From positions 25,978,001 to 26,042,000 of the forward strand of contig OX597826.1 of the NCBI GenBank assembly GCA_951406725.2: DNA of 64,000 nt, read 5' to 3'. The position numbers and the translations under genes were made by a program. Below are positions 13,109 through 27,921 of this stretch, one piece after another. Each line of letters begins with the position of its first letter. The first letter of the stretch is position 1. This DNA comes from Octopus vulgaris. Taxonomy: Eukaryota. Below the pieces are notes generated by a model. The model made no database searches and was not told where the DNA came from. It saw only the letters and a list, made by a program, of their open reading frames with translations.

Positions 13109-15912
13109 CAAACCCTGTGGATAAATAACATCCAAAACAAAATACAAAAAGTGAGAAAAGATCTGTCGATTCTTAATGAAATCAGTAGACAATCAACACT
13201 ACTAAGCAACAAAAAGAAAACAAAAATACTCCGAAAATACAAGATCACAGAAAAAGATTTACCTGAGATAAAAAAAAAGCTAAAGCAAGATATCCTTGCC
13301 AAAGCACAAAGGATCCGCCGGTACGAGAAACGCCAACGTTTCTTTGAACAAAACAAACAGTTCAACTCCAACCCCAAAAAGTTCTACCAAAAACTTGGCA
13401 AAAATAAAATAGAAATCACTGCAGCACCAACGGCAGAAGAAGTGGAAGAATTCTGGAGAGAAATATGGTCGTCGAACGAACAACCAAAAAAAAAAGGGAG
13501 TATTAAAACAACAAACTGAGCATCTGAGCAACTTTGGATCCCCATAACAACTGAAGAGGTCACCCAGGCACTGCAAAGACTAAGCAACTGGAAGGCACCT
13601 GGGCATGACAAGATCCCCAACTTCTGGTTGAAATATCTAACAGGAATGCACAAAAAGCTGGCTGAAAACTTTAACAACACACTGGCAGAGCCAGAGACAA
13701 TGCCTGAATGGCTCACGAAGGGGAAAACCATCTTAATTCCCAAATCAAATGAGACAGCAAAACCAGAAAACTACAGACCCATAACCTGTCTCCCTACAAT
13801 GTACAAAGCATTCACTACAGTAATATCGCAAAGGTTGAACAAACACCTGGACGAAAACAACCTGTTTCCAGAAGAGCAGAAAGGATGCCGCAAAGGCTCA
13901 TATGGCTGTAAAGATCAACTAATGATCAATGAAGCCATAACTGAAGACAGCCACAGAAAGAAGAAAGGCTTCAGTATGGCCTGGATCGACTACAAAAAGG
14001 CGTTTGATAGCATCGCCCACACATGGATCCTCGAAACGCTAGCCATTAACAAAGTTGCACCAACAATTATAAAATACATAGGACACTATGAATAAATGGC
14101 AGACAATGCTACAGCTCCAAACAAAAGAGGGACTCATGAAAACCAAAGCCATCCCCATTAGAAGAGGAATATTCCAGGGAGACACGCTCTCTCCACTCCT
14201 TTTCTGCTTGGCACTGTCACCTCTATTCTGATATGCTAAATAGAACTGGATGCGGATATAAATGTTACGGCAAAACGATCAGCCACCTTTTATATATGGA
14301 TGACCTAAAACTATACGCTGCAAATGACAAACAGCTGGAAACACTATTAAAGACAGTTCATGGATTTACCAAAGAAATAGATATGAAATTTGGATTAGAA
14401 AAATGCGCCAAAGTAACTATGAAAAGAGGAAAACCAGTTAAGAGTAGCAACATCACACTAGATAAAACAAATGAAATAAAAGAATTGGACCAAAGCCAAA
14501 CTTACAAATACTTAGGAATCCATGAACTAAATAAGACACAACACACACAAATGAAAGAGAAAAGAATATTACAGACGAGTTAGATCAATACTGAAAACAG
14601 AGCTCAATGCTAAAAACAAGATAATAGGTATCAACACTTTAGCCGTCCCAGTTATAAGTTACAGCTACAATATCCTTAACTGGATACTAAATGAACTGAC
14701 CAAAATAGATAGGAAAACAAGAAAAATAATGAGAGGATCTAGGATGCACACCCAAAATCTGACATAGAAAGGCTATATATACAACGTATAGAAGGTGGTA
14801 GAGGCCTTATATAGCTGGAAAACTATTATAAAATAACCACCATAGGACTGCAAAAATATCTACTTCAGAAGGAAGGAAAACTGATACAAATAGCGGCAAA
14901 ACACGAGCAAAACAAAAAAACTGTTCTCAGTATTTAAGGAAGCTGACAAATACAAACAAGAAATCATACCACCTAACAAATATGAAGAAGAAGAAGAAGA
15001 AGAAGAAGTAGAAGATGAAGAAACAACAAAAGCTATAAAACAAATAAAATCCAAACCAAAAATAGAGCAGCAACGAACCATGATAAAACGATGGCAAGAA
15101 AAGCCCCTTCATGGCAAATACTGGACTAAACTAAATGCAAAAGAAATAGACAATGAAAAATCCCAGCAATGGTTGAGAAGCTCAGGACTCAAAGCAGAGA
15201 CAGATGGATTTTTAATTGCAGCACGAGATCAAAGCCTCCCCACCAGAAATTACCAAAAACATGTAATGAAAAGATAAATAACAAGTAACTGCAGAATATG
15301 TGGAAATGGACAAGAAACAATAAATCATATTATCTCTGGCTGCCCAGTCCTGGCTAAGAAGGAATATATTCACAGAAACGACAGAGTTGGGACATATATA
15401 CACTGGAAGCTATGCCAACATTATGAAATAACAACAGAAAAAAGATGGTATATGCACACACCAGAAAAGGTCACAGAAAACGAGAAAGCAACCATACTCT
15501 GGGATATGCCAATACACACAGATAGAGAAATTAAGGCCAACAGACCAGATATAGTTGTCAGAGATCATGAAGAAAAAAAGAATGCTTTCTAATTGATGTA
15601 TCAATACCAGCAGATGACAACGTGTCTCTAAAAGAAATAGAGAAACTTTCAAAATACAAATACCTGGAAATAGAGGTAACCAGAATGTGGAATCTAAAAA
15701 CAGAAACAATTCCTATCTAGGCATGATAAAAAAATATTCAGACAAATACATAAATATAACATACAGAAAATTGCACTACTGGGCACTGCACACATCCTAC
15801 GCAGAACACTTTCCATACAGTAACCATCAGAGCATCACAACAAATCACAGCACATACCCAAGGCACACAGAGCTGCGCTCGGTAATGAAGTGAAAGCACG
15901 CTATAAAAAGAA
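13108..15912 (+). mobile_element. Dong/R4-clade non-LTR retrotransposon (RT + RLE endonuclease), 5'-truncated and frameshifted
   Basis: WKAPGHD, YRPITCL, EEQKG, WIDYKKAFDS, GIFQGD, LLYMDDLKL, YKYLG, CRICG..ETINHIISGC, KANRPD, LIDVSIP; (TAA)n on both sides. Confidence 0.92.
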
Positions 15913-15913
15913 A

Positions 15914-15995
<82 letters not shown>

Positions 15996-15996
<1 letters not shown>

Positions 15997-16914
15997 GAAA
16001 GAACAAAAACTATAAAACAAATGAAATCCAAACTAAAAATAGAACAGCAACGAACCATGATAAAACGATGGCAAGAAAAGCCCCTTCATGGCAAATAGTG
16101 GGCTAAACTAAATGCATAAGAAATAGATAGAGAAAAATCCCAGCAATGGTTGAGAAGCAGAGATGGAGGGATTTTTAATTACAGCACAAGACCAAAACCG
16201 CCCCACCAGAAATTACCAAAATCATATAAGGAAAAAAAAACAACAAGTAACTGCAGAATATGTGGAGATAGACAAGAAACTATTGATCATATTATCTCTG
16301 GCTGCCCAGGCCTGGCTAAGAAGGAATATATTCACAGACTAGACAGAGTTGGGACCTACATACACTGGAAGCTATGCCAACATTATGGAATAACAAAAGA
16401 AAAAAGATGGTATAGGCACACACCAGAAAAGGTCACAGAAAACGAGAAAGCAACCATACTCTGGGATATGCCAATACACACAGATAGAGAAATTAAGGCC
16501 AATAGGCCATGTATGTTTGTCAGAGATCATGAAGAAAAAACATGCTTTCTAATTGATGTATCAATACCAGCAGATGACAACGTTTCTCTAAAAGAAATGG
16601 AGAAACTTTCAAAATACAAAGACCTGGAAATAGAGGTAACTCGAATGTGGAATCTAAAAACAGAAACAATTCCTATCATGGTAGGCGCATTAGGTATGAG
16701 AAAAAATATTCAGACAAATACATAACAAAAACACCAGGACTTACAAATATATATAACATACACAAAATTGCACTACTGGGCACTGCACACATCCTACGCA
16801 AAACACTTTCAATACAGTAACCATAAGAGCATTACAGCAAACCACAGCACATACCCAAGGTGCACAGAGCTGCTCTCGGTAGTGAAGTGAAAGCACGCTA
16901 TAAAAATAAAACTA

Positions 16915-16920
<6 letters not shown>
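15996..16920 (+). mobile_element. Second, shorter tandem copy of the same Dong/R4 element (3' part)
   Basis: Near-duplicate of ~15025-15910 (CCHC knuckle, RLE motifs, 3'UTR), followed by (TAA)n. Confidence 0.9.
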
Positions 16921-16964
<44 letters not shown>

Positions 16965-16965
16965 C

Positions 16966-17078
<113 letters not shown>

Positions 17079-17626
17079 CAACAACAACAACAATTATAAT
17101 CATGATTTCAAATTTCGACAAAGTCCAGAGTTAAACGATAATATTGATCACAGTGATCGACTGGCATTTATTTTATCGGTGTCAAAACGACGAAAGGCAA
17201 AGTCAGTGCCGGTGGAATTTGATCTTTGAATGTAAAGATCAGGAAGAAATGCTGATACAGCATCTCGTCCGTAGCACTAACGAGCCTGCCAACCATCATC
17301 ATTATGATCATCATCGTTGCCAAGACCTACCACCACCACCACCACCACCACCACCACCACCATACTACTACTACTACAACTGGGAAATGGAGCTTGTTCA
17401 TCCCATGTAGATCATGTATGGTTAAATACATTAAAATTAGTTTGTAAACAATTTACAAATACCATATGATAAAGATAATAACCAGTCCCTCAGAATAGGG
17501 ATTGTATTTGAGTGTATATATAATCGCTACTCGGTTGCCTGCTACACTATCAATTTAAGCATCTGCCTTTTCTGTCATTGCCTGTATCCGCCGGAAAATT
17601 AATTGAACTATACAATGCACACAATA

Positions 17627-17678
<52 letters not shown>

Positions 17679-17808
17679 TATTGTGTGCATTGTATAGTTC
17701 AATTAATTTTCCGGCGGATATATATATATATATATATATATTGGTATTGTGTGCATTGTATAGTTCAATTAATTTTCCGGCGGATACAGGCAATGACAGA
17801 AAAGGCAG

Positions 17809-17844
<36 letters not shown>

Positions 17845-17851
17845 ATGTATG

Positions 17852-17887
<36 letters not shown>

Positions 17888-18176
17888 TCAAGAATGTTTG
17901 TTTTACTATAGAATAATAATCCTATTAGCAACCTATCCTTAACCGTAACCTTAACCCAATTTGTTTCAGTCATTAGACTGTGGCCATGCTGGGGTACTAT
18001 CTCGAAGAATTTTTAGTCGAATGAATAGATCCCCCGCTATTTATTTTTGGGTAAGTCTGGTACTTAATGTATCGGTAACTTTTACCGAACTGCTATTTTT
18101 ACGGGGCACGTGAACGTACCAACACTGGTTGTCAAGCAGTACTGGGCCACGAAGATACACATTAAACGCATACACA

Positions 18177-18275
<99 letters not shown>

Positions 18276-18632
18276 ATGTAGGACGAGCTTCTTTCAATTT
18301 CTATCTACTAACTCCACTCACAAAGATTTTGTCGCCCCGAGGCTACTGAACCCATGCAGTGGGACTGAATCCGGTACCATCTGGCTGGGATCCAAGCTTC
18401 TTACCACACAACCACACCTGCACCCATGTAACATAACTTCCTTTTTTTTTTATCATGGTAATAAAAACTAGAAGAGCATTTAAACTCAGCGTTGACAGAA
18501 GTTTGTAAAAGAACTGTAAAAGAACATTAACAGTAACAGTGAAAAAGGCTGTGTTCCAAAACGATTATTTTAGTCGAAAAAATTTGATACCTCTATGTTG
18601 TTGTTGTTGTTGTTGCTACTGTTATTATTATT

Positions 18633-21305
18633 GAATGAGAGAGCAGCGAATGCCATCAAAGTGATACTGGGGTAAAATATACGAAGCCCAGTATACCCAT
18701 AATGATTACCCGTCAGATAAGAGTGCACCAGGCACATGCCTCACAACCATAAGTATGTTGAACGAAACACTCATGTTTCCAGAGGTGAATTATTCAAACC
18801 CCAATCCTTATTCAGGGACCTTTTGAGCGGGATGGGCTACTCGACCAGAAGAAAATTCTAACTGGGCCCACCTGCAATGTCATGTGCTGTTTATCTTGAT
18901 ATGAGATCACCATGTCGCGCACATATGATTGTGAGGCATGCGCCTGGTGTATCCTTATCAGACGAGTAATTATTATGGGTATACTGGCTTCGTATATTTT
19001 CCGCCTCTTTTTCTTGGTACATGTAGTCTGTCTGTGTCACTTTTTGTCCCATATCTAGTTAGCAACTTCCTTGTCTTTCTGTCTAAACTGTTTAGTTTGT
19101 CTACTGTCCATACGATTACCCCTGATCCATATCTAAGGAGTGAAGCCACCCAGGTGTTGATAGCTTCAATCTTATTCCGTCCGTTTAAATTCGACTCAGT
19201 CTGCGCAAGTACTCCCCATAAAATTTTTCTGTCATTTCTTTCTCCATCAATTACCCATTTCCAAAATCTCCAAGTATTTATAGCCCGTCTCTTCTATCTG
19301 CTTTATAACGTTCCCCAACGGTTTCGATAGCCCGTCCATACGTTTGATTTTGCCTCTTTTCAAGACTAACACACCACACTTTCTCAGTCCGAACACCATT
19401 CTGATAATATCACTGAAAATATACACTGTATCAACGAGGGAACTGGGCTTCATCTTTACCATAAAGTTTGAGGTCATCATCCATAAATAACAAATGGTTG
19501 ACTTTTTGTTGGCGGCCTTTGAAAACATACCCAGCTTTCCTCCGAATCAGTGTTAGTGGGATCAAACACAGTACAAAGATCAGTGGTGACAGACAGTTGC
19601 CTTGGAAGATGCCCCTCCTGATTTCTACTGTCCCCAAATTTCTTCCGTATGTTGCCATACTTTTTCCAACCAATCGCTCAACATTCGATGCAGTACCAAA
19701 TAGGTTTATACATTCCATTATCGAAGTATGAGGGATCATAGCATACACCTTAGGATAGTCGATCCATGACATAACTAAGCTACTTTTTCTCCTCTTGCAG
19801 TCACTAAGTACATATTTGTTAGTCAGGAGTTGTTCCTTTGTATCTCTGCACTTAAGCTTGCAACCTTTCTGTTCATGTGGCAGGACTCCATTTTTCCAGA
19901 TGTTCGTACATTGACTCTGCGAGTATTCCAGTGAATGACTTCCACATAAGTGGCAAACAGGATATCGGCTTGTAATTGTCTACCGTACTGGTCTTTTTGT
20001 GTTTTTCAAGCACAGAACTGTCCTACCTAATGTCAATCACTCTGGTGTTATTTGGTCGGCATTTAACAAGGTGTTGAGTTGCGCATCTATTCGTGCATGA
20101 CATTCACCAAATCTTTTGATCCGTAGCCTTGAACTCGATCTGGTCCCGGGGCCTTCCAGTCGCTCACTTTTTTGCTGATTTCCTTCACTTCCTTAACTGA
20201 AATGACTAATTCCGTCTGTTTTGGACAGACTACTGTTTGTTTCGCTTCTTGTAGCCATTCAGCATCCTTCTTGTGCTCTTTGTCTTTGCTCCAGATGTCA
20301 CTCCAAAACCTTTGACTTTCATTGTTATCTGGTATCAACTTTTTGTCTGTACACTCTCCATTTATTTCTTTATAGAATCTCTTCGAATCTACTCTGAATA
20401 ACCTATTCTGGTCGTAACACTTCATTCTTTGGTCGCATCTTACCATCTTTGATTTCTTTGCAACGAGGCGATATTCCAGTTCTTCCATTACCACATTCAG
20501 GCCCTTTCTTCCTTTTCAGCGCCCTGTATTTTTGTTCGCTTTTAAGCTCCCCTATCACTTTTCGATCTAACGCAGAAATTCCCTTCGCGCGCAAATCTAA
20601 CAATGCCTGTATTCTTTTTTTCCACCAAGGGTCTTTCCTTTTGTCACTCCAATTACATTTCTTTTTCTTGATATCGACACCCACATTTTCTGTTACAACA
20701 ATACTTGCTGCCTTGATCAAATTATTTGTTTTTGTGATGTTTGTTCTGATGTATTTCAGAATATCCTTGACATTTTTCGTTTCTTGGTTCAACTTCCACC
20801 GGTCAACTTTTTTAAGGCTGCAAATAATGTCGCTGTCGTTTTGATAGCTTTGAGCTCTACTTCTGTGAACCAATTATTTTTTCTTATTGCTCTAGCTTGA
20901 TCCCATAGTCTCTGCTCCGGGAGTTGAAATAATCTCTTTTCTCTCCAATGATCATACATACGTTGTCGGTAACCCCTAATTTGAGCACCATTTTCATCTA
21001 TCGGGCTGCTCAGGTAGTAACACTCCATGACCACATTAATTTGCTTGCTCCATCTACGCCGTGTGTGATGGTCCATTTCTGGTGTCGACAGGCTGGAGCC
21101 GAACCAGAATCTCTGAGCCTACCGGGTGCAACTATGTCACCATCAATGGCTCCAGTTTCATTACCACCGTTATTCAAAATATTTTGTTTATTCATTGACA
21201 CTCGTATGAGGTAACGATTATCAAGTTGCGCAATTACAAGTGTTTAAATTGTGATACTATCACTAGATGTATCATTAATCAGAACATGGGGAGACGCCAC
21301 CTGCC
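18633..21305 (-). mobile_element. Dong/R4-like LINE of a second subfamily, degenerate, with 5' end retained
   Basis: N-terminal RRWSKQIN..VMECYYLS..RGYRQRM, PWWKKRI, WKAPGPD, GIFQGNCLSPL, LFMDDDLKL, YKYLE; bounded by (TAA)/(CAA) tracts. Confidence 0.85.
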
Positions 21306-21307
21306 CC

Positions 21308-21374
<67 letters not shown>

Positions 21375-21383
<9 letters not shown>

Positions 21384-21428
21384 TAGTTTTATTTTTATAG
21401 CGTGCTTTCACTTCACTACGGAGCGCAG
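21375..21428 (-). mobile_element. Very short 3' end of the first Dong subfamily
   Basis: Reverse complement of the 3' terminus at 16870-16920, next to (TTA)n. Confidence 0.75.
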
Positions 21429-21454
21429 GACCAACAACAGCAATAATAATTCTT

Positions 21455-21850
21455 TTCTACTCTAGGCACAAGGCCCGAATTTTTGGGGGAGGTGGGGCCA
21501 GTCGATTAGATCGACACCAGTACGCAACTGGTACTTAATTTATCGACCCCGAAAGGATGAAAGGCAAAGTCGACCACGGTGGAATTTGAACTCAGAACGT
21601 AGCGGCAGACGAAATACCTATTTCTTTACTACCCACAAGGGGCTAAACACAGAGAGGACAAACAAGGAAAGACAAACGGATTAAGTCGATTATATCGACC
21701 CCAGTGCATCACTGGTACTTAATTTATCGACCCCGAAATGATGAAAGGTAAAGTCGACCTCAGCGGAATTTGAACTCAGAACGTAACGGCAGACGAAATA
21801 CCGCAAAGCATTTCGCCCAGCGTGCTAACGTTTCTGCCAGCTCGCCGCCT
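21455..21850 (-). mobile_element. Two adjacent or nested CORE-type SINE family B copies
   Basis: Core gaaaggatgaaaggcaaagtcgacc..ggaatttgaactc is present twice. Confidence 0.8.
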
Positions 21851-22102
21851 TCACAACAACAATATCACCGACACCAATACTTCATAGATAGAAAACTTTA
21901 TCGAACCTGAACGGGAAATATACTACAACGCATTTTCTTTTCCATGTTGTTTTGATTTTGTTTCAACTTTTCAATTAGTATTTTTGGAAATGTATTAACA
22001 ATCCTTAGGAAACCTATCCTAAATATTTTCTCTTTGTATGTGTTCCTGAGCCTCGTCTATTGTTGTAATTGAAACAACATATATCCACTTGTAAGTCAAA
22101 GG

Positions 22103-22110
22103 TATAAATA
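22103..22110 (+). promoter_or_regulatory. TATA box of gene B
   Basis: TATAAATA 122 nt upstream of the ATG, within a block conserved with gene C. Confidence 0.65.
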
Positions 22111-22224
22111 CGAAAGATTCCGTCAAGCGTTATCCATTCGCGTCTCTTTTGCCAAAGCTTCTTTCTCATTAGCGAACGATCCCGTGACGAATTTTGAGAA
22201 GAGAAAATTGAAATCATTACCATC

Positions 22225-22312
22225 ATGATGACCAGTGCAGCTTTTTACTTGGCCCTGATGTTCTGTTTAGGAACATGTGCTGTGGTGAATATTGTGCCGG
22301 AGATAAGTGAAG
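22225..22312 (+). CDS. Gene B exon 1 (signal peptide)
   Basis: ATG, hydrophobic core, G|gtaagt donor. Confidence 0.9.
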
Positions 22313-23169
22313 GTAAGTGTTTCATCTCTTACAACACAATATAGATATGTATACATACCAGTTATCTATAATATATAGACATACAAACAAATAGAGAGAA
22401 AGGTAGATAGATAGACAAAAATCTAGATACATAAATATGTATATATACACACACGTTCATACACTCACACAGATATGTATTTTAATCTTTTAAATTTTGG
22501 TTGCTTCAGTCATTAGACTGCGGCCATGCTGGAGCATCGTCTTGAAGAATTATATTCAATGGAATAGAACCCCAGTATTTAGGATTTTTAGCGAATTCTA
22601 CTTATACTATTGTTTCTTTTGCCGAATCAGAAAGCTAAGGTGACGGCGGAGGACAAACACAGATACAAAAACACCTACATACATAGATACATACATACAT
22701 ACATACATACATACATACATACATACATACATACATACCCTATTATCTCCCATATTATCTCCCCTAATTTCGCTTTTGCGTCTCACGTTTGATCTTTGAC
22801 TTCTGGCCGAAATCAGATCGCCATGTTGATTCGTTAGCCTCTGCACGCATATTTTTTTTCTCGCCTTCTTTCTGTGTTTTTTCTCTGTGTATCTTTCTGT
22901 TGAAGAGCGTAGGCTCGAAACGTTAAAGACTTGTTTTATTTATATTTCCTGAGCGCCATACTAATACAATTGTTTGTTTGTATTCCACATGCCTTCGTCT
23001 TTGTTTATTTCCGTAAACCTGCCTTCGTCTTTTGTCTATTTTCATAAAGCTTCCCGTTACATAAATACATACATACATAAATACATACATACATATACAC
23101 ATACATACATACACACACACATATATATGTGTATATATATATAAATATATATAATATATGTATATATAA

Positions 23170-23236
<67 letters not shown>

Positions 23237-23756
23237 CATATTTGCGAAGAGGTACTTTCAGTTAGCATCTACAAAATCCTCTCACAAGATTTAGTCGGCT
23301 AAAAGCTATAGTAGAAAGCACTAGTTATCGAAGGAGCTGTCCAGTTGGACTGAACCCAGAACCATGTGTTTGGGAGGTAAACCATTTACTATGCAGCCAC
23401 GCCTGTATGTGTAATACCTATGCATGTATGTATGTATGTATGTATGTATGTATGTATGTATGTATGTATGTATGTATGTATGTATGTATGTATGTATGTA
23501 TGTATGTATGTATGTATGCATGCATGCATGCATGCATGTATGTATGTATGTATGTATGTATGTATGTATGTATGTATATATATATATATATATATTATTT
23601 ATAGAGATATATATAAATTAGAAAATAAGCCACCTTTTATCAATTCAATAATGAAAAATTAAATTATACCATTTAGAAAAATTACATATAGAAAGATTAA
23701 ATATAAGATAAAACATATAACAATGATTAAGTAATGTGCAAAATAATAAATAAAAC

Positions 23757-23815
<59 letters not shown>

Positions 23816-24180
23816 TACACGCAAAAATTCTATAGTTATAAGCATAATTATAGTTAGGATTCAGCAAAAATTGCTTCACCACAACCCGAAATTTAGAAAT
23901 AGCAGTTAAATACTATTCCACTCCCATAAGATATCTCCCAGACAACAATACTCTTTAACTCACGCAAGTAAAGAGGGAGATATCTTATGGTAGTAGAATA
24001 GTATTTAAATGCTATTTCTAAATTTCGGTATGTTGTGAAGCAATTTTTGCTGAACCCTAATTATAATTATACTTATAATTATAGATTTTTTGTATAAGGT
24101 TACCGATGATGGTTCTTTTAACATACCGAACAACTTGGTAAAATTATTAATTATTAATTGATTAATTAATTTTACCCTTA

Positions 24181-24249
<69 letters not shown>

Positions 24250-25993
24250 TGTTGTGTCTCGGGTGAGTCATTCTCTTTTGGTGCCTTATAATTTAATACA
24301 CTCACCGGTAAAATTTCCACTTATTTCTTTATCTTTCTAAAATTTTCGTTGCGTTTTGTAACCTTTTCAATAGTTTTGACTCAAAATAAGTGGAAATTTT
24401 ACCGGTGAGTGTGTTAAATTATAAGGCACCAAAAGAGAATGACTACATAAAATGTATGTGCCAACTCCTTCCATCAATCGGATCGACGTTGCCTGAATAG
24501 GTGTACAGTGAACAACACTTTATACTTGGAAGTGACCACAGGACAATGTGAGATGAAATGTTCTGCTCAAGAACACAGCGCATATCCCGGTCTAGGAATT
24601 GAACCAACGTCTGGCGATCGTGATTGCATCACCCTAAACACTAGAAGATACGCCCTCGACCATACATGCATACAGACATCCATACATACGCACGCATACA
24701 CGCGTACGCACACACATATACATATATGCACTCATAAATATTGGTTCCAACTTGTTGCAACGTAACAATAGTAAGGAAAAAAAAAACGCATTCGTCCAAA
24801 AATTTTTATATAAATGTGTATAAAGAGAAGAATATATTAACAAATTCCTGCATTGTATTTCATTTTTGAATTTGGTTTGCAAGATTCTTTATGTGAGTTC
24901 GTGTGTTGAAGCATATTCTGTTGTGTCTGAGGAAAGTCATTTTCGTTTTGTGCCTTATAATAAACACACTCACGGTAAAATTTCCACTTATTTCTTATTC
25001 TTATTTTCCTAAAATTTTCATTGCGTCTTGCAACCTAGCAATTGATAAATGCATTTTACCATATTTTCAGACAAAACTGATGAAGTGATTAAGGATCTAG
25101 AAGAGATTGTCGAAGAACTCAAGGTTGATGAAATGCTCATCCAAAATTCCAAAGTTAATGTTTCCCTGGAAAATACAAATATGGGTGTGAAATATGTGCC
25201 GACAATGAACTGTTATTGGGATGGTAGAACAGGAACCTGTTGTTTTCGCTTTCATTTGATTACCAGCAAAAGTATGTAGATTTATTTTTATTTTGTTTTG
25301 TTTCATTATTATTTGTTATTCATTTACAGCGCATAATCTTCGTCGATAACATATAAAGTAAAATCAAAAATATCTGGACAGTTGCTATGTTAACGGTACT
25401 AAACAACAGAGTTTGAAGCAGCTTGGTGCAGATTCGCCTTGAACTCTATCCAGCATACACTCTAAGTTAATACGTTAATACTTATTAAATGATAACAAGA
25501 GATAAGTGCTTATATCTCTAATACACGTACTATTTCATCGACAGCTAAAGTTCTTGGGTACGACGGGTACTCAGCATTGACAATGATTCATATAAATTAG
25601 CGACGAGTGCCCATTGGTTTATCTGTCTGTCAATCGTGTTCTTCACCTTCGCCTATTTAAACATTCTTGAATGATCACGGACTGGATTTGTGCATCGTAT
25701 ATACTTTATCGGAGATTCGTGGTAGATTTGAGCTCAGAACGTAAGAATAATCATAGACTCGCAACAAACTCAGCTGGGTACACCTGGTTTTGCTATTGGT
25801 CCACCTGGAACGTGACAAGTGGGCGCAGCTGCTTCGACGCTGACGATTTGGCACAGCAGATTGGACATTCAGCCTGTTTTGGTGACGGTCTTTCTTTAGC
25901 GCTGGAGAGAAATACATACATCGACGAACGCATCCCCACTCTGCGCTCGCGATCGTGTTCGCACATACACGCATACACACATACACACCGACA

Positions 25994-26028
<35 letters not shown>

Positions 26029-27705
26029 ACAAGCGGAACCCACGCAGACGTGCGTGTATGCACAAGCAGAAATATGTACATACATATGTTAAGGCGTCGA
26101 GCTGGCAGAAACGTTAGCACGCCGGGCGAAATGCTTAGTGGTATTTCGTCTGCCGCTACGTTGTGAGTTCAAATTCCGCCGAGGTCGACTTTGCCTTTCA
26201 TCCTTTCGGGGTCGATAAATTAAGAACCAGTGACGCACTGGGTAGATGCAATCGACTTAATCCCTTTGTCTTTGTTTTTCCCCTCTATGTTTAGCCTCTT
26301 ATGGGCAATAAAGAAATAAGAAATATGTACATACACATAGGAAGAGTGAGAGAATGAGGGAGATAGAAAGAGAAAGAGGGTGGGCCAAAATGTCTCAACA
26401 TATCAGTTCTGATCAACAGAATCAATTCTAAGTTTGACACGAGTGCATACATGATAGGTCTGCTTAGACTGACCGCTGTCCGTGAATAGAAACTATTTTC
26501 ATCGAATTTTCTCATAATCATTTCTAGTCTACGTAGAAAGTCAGCAGTTTGAGAAGAAACTTGTACTTGACTGGTACTTTATTTTACAGAACCGGTAAGG
26601 ATGAAAGGCAAAGTTGACCTCGGTGGGGTTTGAACTCAGAATGTAAACAGCCAGAAGGAATACTGCGAAGCAGTTTTACCGACGCTCTAACGATTCTGCT
26701 AATTTGCCACCGCTTTTATATTTCGTTATAATAACGAAATGAGAATAATTCCTTGTAATAGAGTTTGAAAGGGTGGAATCGTTGGAGCATCGGAAGAAAT
26801 TACTTGTGGCATTTGTTACATTTGCGTTTTCAGTCCATGCCCCACTGCCATCTACTCTGTCATTCATACCTTCGGTATTAACGAAAGTGCAAGGACTAGT
26901 GCAGTACAAGGACCAATGGTGATGACAAACCCTCTGCCCATCAAGGTTGCTGCTCTTGCGATTTTATTAGAAACCCATTCTTTATGCATTAGAGTTTGTT
27001 TTTCATATTAATAAAGTTTGTTCTTTTGTCTTGTTTATATTTTCAGTATGTGTGAGAATGGAGGTCAGTTACCCTCATGTAAATTATCACGTTAAATCAG
27101 GTATCCACACAGTTGGTAATGGGTATTTAAATAGTAAGTATCATTCTTTTCAATGATATCAGTGCTGTTTTCTGACGTTTGTATTGTCAAAGTAATTTAT
27201 TGATGAAAGTAATTCATCGAGGCAGTGAAGAAATGACCACGTAAAAAAAAAAAAAAAACGAAAACAAAACAAAAGAATAAAAACAAACAAAAAAATTCAA
27301 AAATCAAAAATTGGCCTCGGCGAAAATTGAACTTAACAGACATACAGTTATTGCAGAGGTATTACGAATTTCCGCTTATAACTACGTCAAGTTGTCTCAG
27401 GCCCCCAAATCCTTTGAAACAGACAACTAGTTCGTCGTCAACAACATCAAGAGTTTCTCCTGTAACGTCATTGCATTTATTCACTTTTAGTTCCCTATAT
27501 CTAAGGTAGAACTTGCACCAACCACGGGGCCGAACTAGTACTGGACAGTGCGTATCAGTCGACATTTCTGATGCGAAGTGCAGATTGCAGTTTTCCAAAA
27601 GGATGAGCTGCAAATAACGACATAAATGGTTTCAAATGGAAGAAATCGGCCCCGTACATTTCCATACAAGAAGGGTTCCTTTTTGCCGAACTGCTACTTC
27701 GCAGG

Positions 27706-27775
<70 letters not shown>

Positions 27776-27882
27776 ACATACATTACACACACACACATAT
27801 ATAAATGTTTATATATACATAGATGTATGTTTAGGTTTTATTACATACAAGCATATATGCTAATCCATCTCTCTCTCTCTCT

Positions 27883-27921
<39 letters not shown>

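Noticed and set aside
25671-26117. 148-aa ORF in gene B intron 2
   Set aside because: No recognisable motif; runs through (CA)n into a SINE and is not conserved in gene C.
27491-27505. Micro-exon in gene B intron 3 (ttttag...aag|gtagaa)
   Set aside because: Introduces an in-frame TAA and has no counterpart in C or D.
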